The notes beneath the pieces are model-generated. The model was not told the DNA's origin and made no database searches. It saw only the letters and a program-made list of their open reading frames with translations. From a virus (taxonomy: Duplodnaviria > Caudoviricetes): a DNA stretch of 64,000 nucleotides. Positions within the stretch are counted from its first letter, which is position 1, and every line of letters begins with the position of its first letter. The stretch is from IMG/VR virus record IMGVR_UViG_3300025707_000003, positions 32,001 through 96,000 of that record; one strand, 5' to 3'. The position numbers and the translations under genes were made by a program. Shown here in pieces: positions 37,896 through 47,199 of the stretch.

Positions 37896-40250
37896 GTGCA
37901 GAATAAAACAAGTAGGATAAGAGTACCTAAACCATTGGTACGAGAGATTGTATCACATATATTCAGCCAAGTAGGTGTCTATAATGACCTCAGTATAAGT
38001 GTCTCAGTACCATCTCCACCGAGAGTTCATAGGTATCTTGCAGACTTAGACTTGAGAGTGGAGATAATACCTCCGAGTGCGTCTAGGAAGTTAGAATTTG
38101 AGGCTAAATACGATCCGACTAACTCTGTCATTTATGTAAATCTACCTTATTTAGAGAGTCGCTACGAAGGTAGAGAACTTGAACAATCTCTCTACAAAGT
38201 AGTCGCTCACGAGCTTGTTCATGTATATCAAATCCTCTATACAAGATCACGAGATAGCGATCCCAATGCAGTAAACCCAACAGCAGGACTTCCTGGTCTT
38301 AGAGAGAGAACTCCACAATATAGGCAAGAAGAAGGCGACATACTTCACCATCGCCTAGACGATAATGAGTTTTACCCACGCTTAGAGGATACGATCAATG
38401 CTATTAAATTTGTACTAAAGAGGAATCCTGGAAAATTAGTTGAAATAGTCTCTTATGTCTTAGGTGAGTCAAGTCGCCCTGTATATAGGTCTAAGCATTT
38501 AAAAGAGCCTATAGAATGGCTCATAGCTTTAGATAGATACGCACCTAGAAAGTTCATCAAAGCTGTAAGGAAGATTAAGAATGAGTTCCCCGAAACAGCT
38601 AAACTTACCCGTCAAGCCGATTTCTTTAGACAGGTTAGCCCACCCGATGAACTGAGTACCTTTAGCAATGGCACACCCACGGGTAAAGGTACAGATCTTG
38701 AAGATAAGGGTGAGGGGTCACAACTGCCTAATGGAGATGGGGCTAGGGACATAGGTCGTCCTAGCCCCGACTCACCGAATCTCAAATCAAGAAATCTTGA
38801 TCGTTCTGAGTCATATGGCAGGAAACCCGCTGAAAAACAAGACTTTGGTTATGTTCATGATAGTGGTAGCGGTAGTGCTAGGGTTATCCCTTATGATAGT
38901 GGTTTTGCGAACAACTCATCTCCTCTGAGAAAAGCATCCTCCAAAGTTAAACCCATGTTTTTAGGGTCTGACGGGTCAGCGATGGCTTATGATTTCTACT
39001 TTATGCGAGTCGAAAAAGACTACTATTATCACTACACATACAGAGATCGTGCTGATGAGATCATTGAAGATGGACATCTAAGACCTAACTTCTACAAAGA
39101 CCAGCCTGGTGCTAAAGGTGTGTTCGCTATTTCTGGATCTTATGGGCAAGTGGTTACGAGTCTTCAAGTCAGTGGTTCTAGGAAAGAACACATGGATAAA
39201 ATCGTAGCTCTCAAGTTTAAGACTAGAACTGAGCCTAAGTATGGATATCCCGAAGAAGTCATTTGGGATAAGCCTGTGAAACTTATTCGACCAGAGATTG
39301 TGGGCGTTTCAAAAGCAGTATCCGATCTGAACCGAAATGAAGACTTGGGAGAGAACTTCAAGGTGTTTTACGACTTCAAGAAGGCAGTCGAGATCAAAAA
39401 AGAACATGGGAAACCTAACGCTAAGTCTAAAACAGCGTCTATTAGTAGGATAGCTCATCGCTATCTTCAAAGTGCCGCCCAACCAGCTCAAGACTTGGCA
39501 GGTGTCAAAACTTGGGTTGATAAAAACCGACAAGACCAAGTTCAAAACGATACCTCTTCTCCAGATAAATCAAGAGAAGATTATGAAGATGGTAAGCCAC
39601 AGAGAGATCGAGTTCTTCCTTTACCAAATGGACACCCCGAAGGTCGAGATGAACAGCGAGTCGGCCCAGGTCAAATAAACTCACCTCCCGATTCTAGTGG
39701 TCAAGGTGGAGCGAACCGTCCAAAGAAAGACCCTAGTGCATTAAATGACCACCCCGATGGAAAAGCGTTACATGAACGACCTAGATCAAGCGGTATGCCT
39801 GGAGATGAGTATGGACACCCTTATATAGACCAATCCACATCTACGGGATTAAAGCGTAGAGTCATGGCTTCCATTGAGAAAATCTCTTATGTGGGAGAAG
39901 ATGACTTTTATGCAGAAGAAGAAGATTTCTATTGGGATATAGAAGATGGTGTGATGGTAAAAAATGCCCTCTTCAGATACAACTTCCGACCCCCAAGAGG
40001 GAATAAGAGACAGCGTTCTCAAAAGGGTCAGGCGAAACGAAAATCTCTAAAGACTAAGCGTAAATATAGAGTAAAATATCGTAGAAACCTCATTAAGCAA
40101 AAGAGGTTATACAAGCGTAAGAAACACAATCCTACTTACAAAAAGTACAAGAAAAACTATGCTAAAAACCCTCAGAAGTACAAGCGTAGACCTGGTGGTG
40201 TCAGCACAGTTAAACAAAAATCTCAAAGAGCAGAAAAAAGGAGAAAGTAA
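37896..40250 (+). CDS. Multidomain late protein: zincin-like HExxH domain, ART-like domain, highly basic C-terminus
   Basis: VAHELVH; YYHYT...I.EDGHL...GVF; K/R-rich last ~90 aa; class A motif at 37854-37866. Confidence 0.7.
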   Translation: MQNKTSRIRVPKPLVREIVSHIFSQVGVYNDLSISVSVPSPPRVHRYLADLDLRVEIIPPSASRKLEFEAKYDPTNSVIYVNLPYLESRYEGRELEQSLYKVVAHELVHVYQILYTRSRDSDPNAVNPTAGLPGLRERTPQYRQEEGDILHHRLDDNEFYPRLEDTINAIKFVLKRNPGKLVEIVSYVLGESSRPVYRSKHLKEPIEWLIALDRYAPRKFIKAVRKIKNEFPETAKLTRQADFFRQVSPPDELSTFSNGTPTGKGTDLEDKGEGSQLPNGDGARDIGRPSPDSPNLKSRNLDRSESYGRKPAEKQDFGYVHDSGSGSARVIPYDSGFANNSSPLRKASSKVKPMFLGSDGSAMAYDFYFMRVEKDYYYHYTYRDRADEIIEDGHLRPNFYKDQPGAKGVFAISGSYGQVVTSLQVSGSRKEHMDKIVALKFKTRTEPKYGYPEEVIWDKPVKLIRPEIVGVSKAVSDLNRNEDLGENFKVFYDFKKAVEIKKEHGKPNAKSKTASISRIAHRYLQSAAQPAQDLAGVKTWVDKNRQDQVQNDTSSPDKSREDYEDGKPQRDRVLPLPNGHPEGRDEQRVGPGQINSPPDSSGQGGANRPKKDPSALNDHPDGKALHERPRSSGMPGDEYGHPYIDQSTSTGLKRRVMASIEKISYVGEDDFYAEEEDFYWDIEDGVMVKNALFRYNFRPPRGNKRQRSQKGQAKRKSLKTKRKYRVKYRRNLIKQKRLYKRKKHNPTYKKYKKNYAKNPQKYKRRPGGVSTVKQKSQRAEKRRK

Positions 40251-40252
40251 CT

Positions 40253-41317
40253 ATGAGTGATTTCTTATCCGAAGAATTGTTTGCAGAGGAATTATCTGCC
40301 GAAGAGTTATTAGCTGGTCGAGCTAGACGAAAGACCAAGTATAAAATCAAACGCAGAAGGCGTATGAAAACTAGAACTAAGTCTTTACGCAAGAGAAACA
40401 CTAATGTGTCTCAAAAGCGTCAAAACAGAAAGAAGTATAAAAAGCGTATGAAGACGGACTCTAACTACAGGAAAAATCGTAAAGACTATCGTAAGCAGTA
40501 CTACAAGAAGAACAAGAGGGGTTCTATCGGGTATAGTTTGCCCTTTGGATTAGAATTCTTATATCAAGGAATACCTGCTTATCTTATGTCTCTTTCTGAG
40601 ATGTTTGATGCGGTCAATATCTATGTTGAAGGTGAAACTGCAATCTTAGTTGACCTCAATCATTTCTTAGATAACACTGAATGGTATGAAGAAGATGATG
40701 CTAACCTTTTCATCGATTTGATAGAGGAATCTTATGCTGTTTTAGAGGAAGATCCAGAGGATGCTTGGTCTGAGTATACCCTTGATGAGCGAGATCCCCC
40801 TGCCAAGTCTAATATAGATAAGAAATCTTCGAGGGCTACTGATATTTGTGATCGGACAGATAACCTTGCACTTCTTCAGATGCTCCTAGCTGTTCTTCGT
40901 GGTGCTCATTTTGCTCATTGGACTAGTCACTGGCAGGTTAAAGGCTCAAACTTCTATGGTGATCATGAAATGATGGATAACATTTACAGTACCCTCATTG
41001 AAGAAATCGACACCCTTGCAGAGAAGATTGTTGGTACATACGGTGGGGAAGCCGTTAATATGGTCGAACAGTCCCAACTAATGGCTAATCAGCTTTTACC
41101 TCTAGCCGAAGCACATAGCATGAATAACCCTATTCGTAGAGCCTTGCTGATTGAGGAGGGTTTACAGGTCATCTTTAGGAACACTTATGATATGCTCAAG
41201 GAACAAGGCGGTCTTACTTTAGGTATGGACGATTTTATTATGTCTATGGCTAACACACACGAGACTAACCTTTACCTTTTAAGACAGAGATGCGATACTC
41301 GACCAAAGATTAATTGA
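40253..41317 (+). CDS. Basic N-terminal region fused to a Dps/ferritin-like domain
   Basis: HWTSHWQVKGSNFYGDHEMMDNIY...EIDTLAEKI matches the Dps HWNVKG..F...H..f...y......D.iAER pattern. Confidence 0.7.
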   Translation: MSDFLSEELFAEELSAEELLAGRARRKTKYKIKRRRRMKTRTKSLRKRNTNVSQKRQNRKKYKKRMKTDSNYRKNRKDYRKQYYKKNKRGSIGYSLPFGLEFLYQGIPAYLMSLSEMFDAVNIYVEGETAILVDLNHFLDNTEWYEEDDANLFIDLIEESYAVLEEDPEDAWSEYTLDERDPPAKSNIDKKSSRATDICDRTDNLALLQMLLAVLRGAHFAHWTSHWQVKGSNFYGDHEMMDNIYSTLIEEIDTLAEKIVGTYGGEAVNMVEQSQLMANQLLPLAEAHSMNNPIRRALLIEEGLQVIFRNTYDMLKEQGGLTLGMDDFIMSMANTHETNLYLLRQRCDTRPKIN

Positions 41318-41478
41318 TATTATTCATCAGATATTATCGACACTTGGGTGAATCTAAAAAATAAATAAGAAAAGTTGGGCGACTTCTTGTGTATATCGTA
41401 TAAGAGTATGTGAGCAACAGAGCCAATCACTTAGGATGACTCGCTAAAGCTCTTAACCATTTATACAGGAGATCACAC

Positions 41479-42198
41479 ATGAGTGGATTTTCAGATTTCA
41501 GTCTCGGTTCTCAGTCCCCAATCCTTTCAGGTGGCAAAGTACGATGGAAGCCTCAAAAGGGTAAATTTCGTGTCACTTTTGCCGCTCTTCCAGGTCTTGA
41601 GGAAGAGGATGTTAAGTTTGAGGATAGCAACGGAGATCCTACTAACCCTTCTTTTAAAGGTGGTCGTAGACTTTACGCAAAAGATGTTGGGTACTTCTTG
41701 GATCATGGGCCAGAGTATCAAAAAATCGCAGGCAACCCTTCAAAGACTTCGATTGCTACTACTTTAATCTTTTGGCCTACAGATGCTAACGGTTCATTAG
41801 ATAAGGCTCGTTTCTCCAATGGTGAGTTTGAGATCAAAACTTGGATCTTCTCACTCGACAAGTATCGTCAACTTGAGTCAATCAACACTGAGTTCCCTTT
41901 GAGTCAACATGACATTTCAATCACTGTGACTGACCCTCAGTTCCATAAGATGACCTTTGCACCCTGTAAAGAGTCTTTGTTCAAGACCTTACATGATAAG
42001 GGATCTGATATGTTCAAGACTTGTATGGAGGCTGTAAAGCCTATCCACGCAAACATCCAGAATGATATCGCTCAAGACCTCACCATTGATCAGATTCGTG
42101 AGAAGATGAGTGGCTCAGTCGGTTCTCCTACAGGCAAGAGTGGTGGTGGATTCAATTCTAGCTTTGACGCAGATGAGATTCTTGACGGTATGCTCTAA
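41479..42198 (+). CDS. Single-stranded DNA-binding protein (gp32-like), putative
   Basis: 239 aa; Gly-rich linker and acidic tail FDADEILDGML; aromatic-rich core. Confidence 0.6.
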   Translation: MSGFSDFSLGSQSPILSGGKVRWKPQKGKFRVTFAALPGLEEEDVKFEDSNGDPTNPSFKGGRRLYAKDVGYFLDHGPEYQKIAGNPSKTSIATTLIFWPTDANGSLDKARFSNGEFEIKTWIFSLDKYRQLESINTEFPLSQHDISITVTDPQFHKMTFAPCKESLFKTLHDKGSDMFKTCMEAVKPIHANIQNDIAQDLTIDQIREKMSGSVGSPTGKSGGGFNSSFDADEILDGML

Positions 42199-42200
42199 AG
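42165..42200. repeat. 36 bp direct repeat copy 1 (3' end of SSB gene)
   Basis: tgacgcagatgagattcttgacggtatgctctaaag; identical copy at 43187-43222. Confidence 0.95.
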
Positions 42201-42266
42201 TCCTTGACTTTTTGACTTCGGTCATGGTTGAATATGCTCAATAGCCTTTGATTCATCTAAAGGCTC

Positions 42267-42314
42267 AATGCCCCTTAGACCCCTCATCGCCACAGAGGGT
42301 GTTTAAGGGGCATT
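42267..42314 (+). terminator. Long hairpin after the SSB gene, putative terminator
   Basis: aatgcccctta...taaggggcatt stem followed by a T-run. Confidence 0.5.
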
Positions 42315-42382
42315 ACTTTTTGTAGTCCTTTTATAGCCTCTCCTTTGGTGATCTCATTAACCCGAACCAATGGAGAAAAACC

Positions 42383-43147
42383 ATGAGAGCAGTACACATC
42401 TACGATTTTGACGGGACTTTATTTAGAACTCCACAAAGACCAAACTGGTATGACAATAACTTGGATGGGGTTTGGCATCAAAACCCATTGAGTTTTGCAG
42501 AACCTTGTCTACCTAAAGGTGAGCGTTGGGTTAAGTCTATTGTTTCAGAAGCTAAGAGAAGCATCGCCTCAAAGGATGTTTACACCATCGTCCTTACAGG
42601 GCGTAAGACACCTTTTCAAAGAGTAGTTGAGGATCTTTTAAGATCAAAAGGATTAAAGTTTGATGAGGTCATCTTGAAAGACAGAGGAGATACTGAGTCT
42701 TTTAAAAACAGAGTAATAGATCGCCTTATGGCACTGTTTCCTGATGCAGAGATCCACATCTGGGAAGATAGACATAATCATTTAAAAGTATTCATGGATC
42801 ACATCGAGATGAGAGGTGGCGTTGGAATCCCTCACGCAGTACCGCAAAACTACTCGGTGGCTGAATGTTCTGAAGAGGAGTTTAGGGATATGAGAAGATC
42901 AGCATCAGAAACTATTAGAAATCTTGAGCATCGCATTGCTCGACTTGAGGGGTCTAGGACAGCTTCAAGCGATGTTCGTAGAGCTGGCAAGAAAGTTATT
43001 GAAGCAATAGACAAGCTACAGGAAGAGCTTGAGAAGATGCCTTCCTTCAACAGTGATGAGTCTTACTATGAGGATTTAAGAGAGCGTTTTGAGGCACTTC
43101 ACCTTAGCGTCCATAAAGAGGTTCAGTTCATCACAGGTGCTTACTAA
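42383..43147 (+). CDS. HAD (Swiss Army Knife-like) phosphatase fused to an internal leader (ATG 42890) and a small helical domain
   Basis: IYDFDGTLFRTP, LTGR, IWEDR; internal MRRSASETIRNLEHRIARLEGSRTAS; conserved cassette UTR at 42348-42385. Confidence 0.8.
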   Translation: MRAVHIYDFDGTLFRTPQRPNWYDNNLDGVWHQNPLSFAEPCLPKGERWVKSIVSEAKRSIASKDVYTIVLTGRKTPFQRVVEDLLRSKGLKFDEVILKDRGDTESFKNRVIDRLMALFPDAEIHIWEDRHNHLKVFMDHIEMRGGVGIPHAVPQNYSVAECSEEEFRDMRRSASETIRNLEHRIARLEGSRTASSDVRRAGKKVIEAIDKLQEELEKMPSFNSDESYYEDLRERFEALHLSVHKEVQFITGAY

Positions 43148-43186
43148 GACTTAATCGTCTGAGACTCGAACACAGAGTTATACTGC

Positions 43187-43222
43187 TGACGCAGATGAGA
43201 TTCTTGACGGTATGCTCTAAAG
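43187..43222. repeat. 36 bp direct repeat copy 2 (duplicate SSB gene end)
   Basis: Perfect match to 42165-42200. Confidence 0.95.
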
Positions 43223-43247
43223 AAAAAGTGGGAGTGAAGGGTTACCT

Positions 43248-43910
43248 TCACTTTGAGGGTAAGATAACAGCGTATTTGCCACCCCATTGTGAAGAAGGTG
43301 GGATGTTAGGATCACCAGGAAAAGCTGTCAATAGGGAATAAGATTTACCCGCTTTGACATCTGAAAGGATAGCCTTTACACTCTTAGCATCATCGGGTAA
43401 AAACTTAGAGTTACTTGGTCGAATGACGAGGCTGATCTGATTGGTAGCGAAATCCCTTAGAGAAGCTGTAGTCTGAACAGCAGGTACAGTGATTTTCTTA
43501 CCCCTCTCTTCTTTTTGGACTGTTGTCTGAGTCGCACCAGGCAGTCTCATCGCTTCCTCAATCGGGAGGACAAGGTTATACCCTACATTGGAAGCCTTCA
43601 TGGTGTAGAGGCCACCTTGACCCTTAACAGGAGCTTTCTGAATGAGTTTGATAAGAGTACGCTCATCAATGCCTCTCGCAAAGACTGAACCTGTACCAAT
43701 GTCATTGTGTGCGGTAATGTGTTTAACAGCCCACTGAGATAAAAGAACATGACCTGCCCGTACTGGGATCTTCCATGTTCCTTTTTGAAGTTGACGAGGT
43801 TTGTCTCCTGTACCTGCTGACTTTAGATGTGCAAGTTTACGCTCAATGCCATTGATCCTTAGATCGAAGCTAACGATCTCTGCAAGTACCGATTGGATTT
43901 CTTTGTTCAT
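43248..43910 (-). CDS. Hypothetical late protein with a coiled-coil-like N-terminus
   Basis: 220 aa; class A motif 43949-43961 at the upstream stop; N-terminus ...LRINGIERKLAHLKSA. Confidence 0.7.
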   Translation of the reverse strand: MNKEIQSVLAEIVSFDLRINGIERKLAHLKSAGTGDKPRQLQKGTWKIPVRAGHVLLSQWAVKHITAHNDIGTGSVFARGIDERTLIKLIQKAPVKGQGGLYTMKASNVGYNLVLPIEEAMRLPGATQTTVQKEERGKKITVPAVQTTASLRDFATNQISLVIRPSNSKFLPDDAKSVKAILSDVKAGKSYSLLTAFPGDPNIPPSSQWGGKYAVILPSK

Positions 43911-43961
43911 GTCTGTTCTCCATATTTAAGGTTTTGTATGAAGGACAGTATAAAGAAACTA

Positions 43962-44585
43962 TTAAAGTCTTGACTTTTTAATCGCTTCTTTGAGCTTCTT
44001 TTCGTCATACACTTTGATGTTACTCTCACTTTGAAAAAGGTTGTGAGCTGATTTAACTTGAGATTGATTGAGCTTCATATTACCAGTAACCGTAATATCA
44101 TGTGTGTCTTTATCTTCAAGCCTAGTTGTAAATCCTGTGACCGAGGGCATGAGTAGCTTAATCAGTTTGGGGTCAATGTACTTGAGGGCTATATCCCAAA
44201 CCATTTCAAGTTCGACCTCGTTGGAGATGTTAATGGGGGAGTTACCATAAGAGGTAGGCATCTTTTGCCTATAGAGACTAATACCAGATTGAGTCCGAAG
44301 ATCCATATCAAAGAAAGGTACAGGTTTACCTGGTGGTGGAGGTGCATTTTCAAATGAAATCTTAATGTGTGCATGAATGATTTTATCCCCAAATGTCACC
44401 TTTGGCAGTACCGTACCCCAACCATGAAACACGACCAAGATTTCTCCTTGTTCAACAAGGCGGGCGATGAACTCTTGCTCAATGTCAGACATCGGAATGT
44501 AAAGGGAGTTTTCATTACCACCTCCAAATGTGTTCTTCCCTTTTTTCCGATTGGGGTCGTTTTTAATACCATTGATGTTGGTCAT
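43962..44585 (-). CDS. Hypothetical protein
   Basis: Start reassigned to ATG 44585 after AGGAG. Confidence 0.7.
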   Translation of the reverse strand: MTNINGIKNDPNRKKGKNTFGGGNENSLYIPMSDIEQEFIARLVEQGEILVVFHGWGTVLPKVTFGDKIIHAHIKISFENAPPPPGKPVPFFDMDLRTQSGISLYRQKMPTSYGNSPINISNEVELEMVWDIALKYIDPKLIKLLMPSVTGFTTRLEDKDTHDITVTGNMKLNQSQVKSAHNLFQSESNIKVYDEKKLKEAIKKSRL

Positions 44586-44612
44586 TGCTAGCAATCTCCT
44601 CATTTTAGGGTT

Positions 44613-46040
44613 TCAACCCTCTACTATACCACTCTCAAAAATGTGTTCTAGCATATCTACAATTGTTTCTATGCTCTCTAGTGTTCTCCCCGATGCAGTG
44701 AGCCTACGCATACTTGCTGTTCGAGTCGCCTCTCGAACAAACATCAGAGGGTCGAAGTGGAGCTTGGTCTTACCTGTGGTAATACTTTCTTTGAGCGTGT
44801 TTTGCATGGACGCAGTACTTAAGAATCTTAGCAAAACTTCTGGGTTGATATAAGATTTCTTAGTTGTACTGCCACTATCATGGCTTAATGCCACCTGTGC
44901 TCTTTCATGTGCTTTATTGATTGTGTCTGATACAATTTCAACAACCCGTTGGGTCAAGTCTTCAGTTTCTAGTTCTGCGACTTCTTTAATCTTTTCAAGC
45001 ATCGAGTCTCTTTCTTCTTGGAGTCCATCAAACACCTCTTGGGTCGCTCTTAACTTCCTAAAGTCAGTGATCTTAAAACCTTTGAAATTCTCTTTAAAGT
45101 ATTTCGCAAGATGTCTATAAGTGAACTTCTCTCCCTCACTAGTAACGAAGATATACTCAGAGCCAGATTCTAAGGCGTTGTCTACATAGTCCTTTAAAAC
45201 TTTGATGATAGATGAGTTGGATATGGAAGCTGTATTTACCGTTCCCATTTTCCCTCTGAAGACCAACTCGACAAAATTGTTTCGGACAAAGTTGACATGG
45301 GTGGCGTTCAAAGTGATTGCACCGAATGTTTCAACCTGCACTTCTTGTTCCTCCACAGTTTCTACAATCCCATTCCCTATTTGTCCTGGTCTTATTCCTG
45401 TTTCCATGATGATTGAAGTAATGATTGCAGATAACTTGGTTAGTTCATCTTTTGACTTGAGGTCTTTTTTAATCTTTTTTACGATGGTGTTGTACTTTTT
45501 GATGAGCTTCTTTTGAGACTTGATCTTCTCGGCTAAAGTATAAGTCTTGTTGCCGAACATATCGTTAATCGTCTTGATGTATCCCTCATCATCTACATCA
45601 ATCGTGATTGTGTCGGGCAGGTACGCCCTTAACTCCACAGGAATGGCAGATTTAAGAGGGGTTTGTTTTTTGTGGAGTTCTATCGCCTTAAAAGACCTAA
45701 CACTGTTTTTTTTGAATGTCTCGCTTACCTCTTTAAGAGGCTTTTGCCCAGCTAGGTAGTCTCGTATGAGGTACATCGTTGCATTTCTCCACGAATATGC
45801 TTTATCGCTTACCTCATCTGACCCCACAAACTTATTCATGAACCCTAAGACTTGAGACAAGTTTTTAATCGACTTAACTATATGTCTTTTCCTCTTACCT
45901 ATAACTGCTTTTCCCCTACCTTTGTGTTCAGATTTAGCTTGCACCCCATAGCTTTTAAGGTCTTTCAACAGGACTTTAAAGGCAGTAAGGGATTTGCGTT
46001 GAAACGCAGAGATTTTTTTTTCCTCTTGTGGTGTCGGCAT
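44613..46040 (-). CDS. Type IB DNA topoisomerase-like protein
   Basis: Catalytic residues in the expected order: TGIRPG (R), FRGKMG (K), DFRKLRAT (R), LSHDSGSTTKKSYINP (H...Y); start after AAAGGAG. Confidence 0.75.
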   Translation of the reverse strand: MPTPQEEKKISAFQRKSLTAFKVLLKDLKSYGVQAKSEHKGRGKAVIGKRKRHIVKSIKNLSQVLGFMNKFVGSDEVSDKAYSWRNATMYLIRDYLAGQKPLKEVSETFKKNSVRSFKAIELHKKQTPLKSAIPVELRAYLPDTITIDVDDEGYIKTINDMFGNKTYTLAEKIKSQKKLIKKYNTIVKKIKKDLKSKDELTKLSAIITSIIMETGIRPGQIGNGIVETVEEQEVQVETFGAITLNATHVNFVRNNFVELVFRGKMGTVNTASISNSSIIKVLKDYVDNALESGSEYIFVTSEGEKFTYRHLAKYFKENFKGFKITDFRKLRATQEVFDGLQEERDSMLEKIKEVAELETEDLTQRVVEIVSDTINKAHERAQVALSHDSGSTTKKSYINPEVLLRFLSTASMQNTLKESITTGKTKLHFDPLMFVREATRTASMRRLTASGRTLESIETIVDMLEHIFESGIVEG

Positions 46041-46072
46041 TTTAATTCTCCTTTTCTTTAGTGGTATCATAA

Positions 46073-46375
46073 ATGAAATACCATAAAAGAACTATAAGGA
46101 GGTATTCATTGAACCCTTTGCTGAGATACAGAATAGACATATCCAAGATAGATCACATCAACGCACAGATTGAAGCATACCAAAGGATGCTCGACTGGTA
46201 TGAAGGCTGGAAAGATAGAAATGACCCCTATGAATACATAGAGGAGCGTATTGAGGATCTTAACGGACAACTCGCTGAGTATCTTATTGCTCGTGAGTTC
46301 GCCATAGAAGGTGTTAGAACTTATGACGAGAAAGATGGGGGATCATATAAAGATGGGAAACAGGAGAAAAAATGA
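46073..46375 (+). CDS. Hypothetical protein
   Basis: 100 aa ORF. Confidence 0.5.
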   Translation: MKYHKRTIRRYSLNPLLRYRIDISKIDHINAQIEAYQRMLDWYEGWKDRNDPYEYIEERIEDLNGQLAEYLIAREFAIEGVRTYDEKDGGSYKDGKQEKK

Positions 46376-46581
46376 GTATCGACCAAATTATTGAAGCATA
46401 TACCTACGCCCGTGTCACAGGTTCTGCTAAACCTTTAGATCATCTTGATCTCCAAGCCGAGAGATATGTTAAAACAGCTTCCCCACACATAAAGAATAGG
46501 ATTGATTTCTTGTTCGCAAAGAGTGAGTACGAGGCAAAGTTGAGGTGCATCAGAAATGAAAACACTAACCGAGAAAGTTGA
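46372..46581 (+). CDS. Hypothetical protein
   Basis: 69 aa; AGGAG RBS. Confidence 0.55.
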   Translation: MSIDQIIEAYTYARVTGSAKPLDHLDLQAERYVKTASPHIKNRIDFLFAKSEYEAKLRCIRNENTNRES

Positions 46582-46864
46582 TGGTCGAAGAGAATGGTCT
46601 TCCTACGGCATTAAGGAACTTCAAAAAGTAATCTCACATAATGATGACAGTATGAAAGCCATCATACTAGCTAATGCCCTTAGTGAATGTAGTATTAAGA
46701 GCGTTGGACATAGATCCTTTAAAATAGGATCTAAAATGATCCTGTCTATCACCAAAGAGGGTGTTGTAGTGATCAAAGGACTACAAGGGAAGATTGAAGA
46801 AATAAAAGACCCTAGAACTCTTTTTGATCGTATTCGGGTCCTGTGGGGAAATCGCTACCCTTGA
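46556..46864 (+). CDS. Hypothetical protein (distant paralog of the next two genes)
   Basis: R.WS..GI..L N-terminus and LF.RIR C-terminus. Confidence 0.55.
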   Translation: MKTLTEKVDGRREWSSYGIKELQKVISHNDDSMKAIILANALSECSIKSVGHRSFKIGSKMILSITKEGVVVIKGLQGKIEEIKDPRTLFDRIRVLWGNRYP

Positions 46865-47199
46865 TTTCTTTCTGACCATCTCTTTCTGATCTTATCCCAC
46901 AAGTAGATCAAGTCTCCAATATGACATTGATCCAAACCAATAACGACCAAACCACTATGTTCTACGGGAGTTATAAACTTAATGTAGCAACTCCAGTTCT
47001 CTATTTCTAAAGCCCAACCATTGAGTTGATCTTGGTTTATTGTTTCACTGAAACCTGCTTCTTTTAATGAATCGCTTAACAAAGATCTGATCGTGTAATG
47101 AACATAATCGAGGGGTCTATCATTGTGACAACAATCCAAAATCTTACCTATTGAATCTTTTGTCCATACCCTCTCTCCTTCTCGCATTTCAGTTCTCAT
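46855..47199 (-). CDS. Hypothetical protein (paralog of 47189..47539)
   Basis: Shared R.W, L..SL...GF, GW.L....W..Y and DL..LW motifs. Confidence 0.65.
   Translation of the reverse strand: MRTEMREGERVWTKDSIGKILDCCHNDRPLDYVHYTIRSLLSDSLKEAGFSETINQDQLNGWALEIENWSCYIKFITPVEHSGLVVIGLDQCHIGDLIYLWDKIRKRWSERNQG

Noticed and set aside
42165-43222. Classical IS or integrase attL/attR element
   Set aside because: No transposase or integrase inside or adjacent, no terminal inverted repeats, and the repeat sequences are locus-specific.
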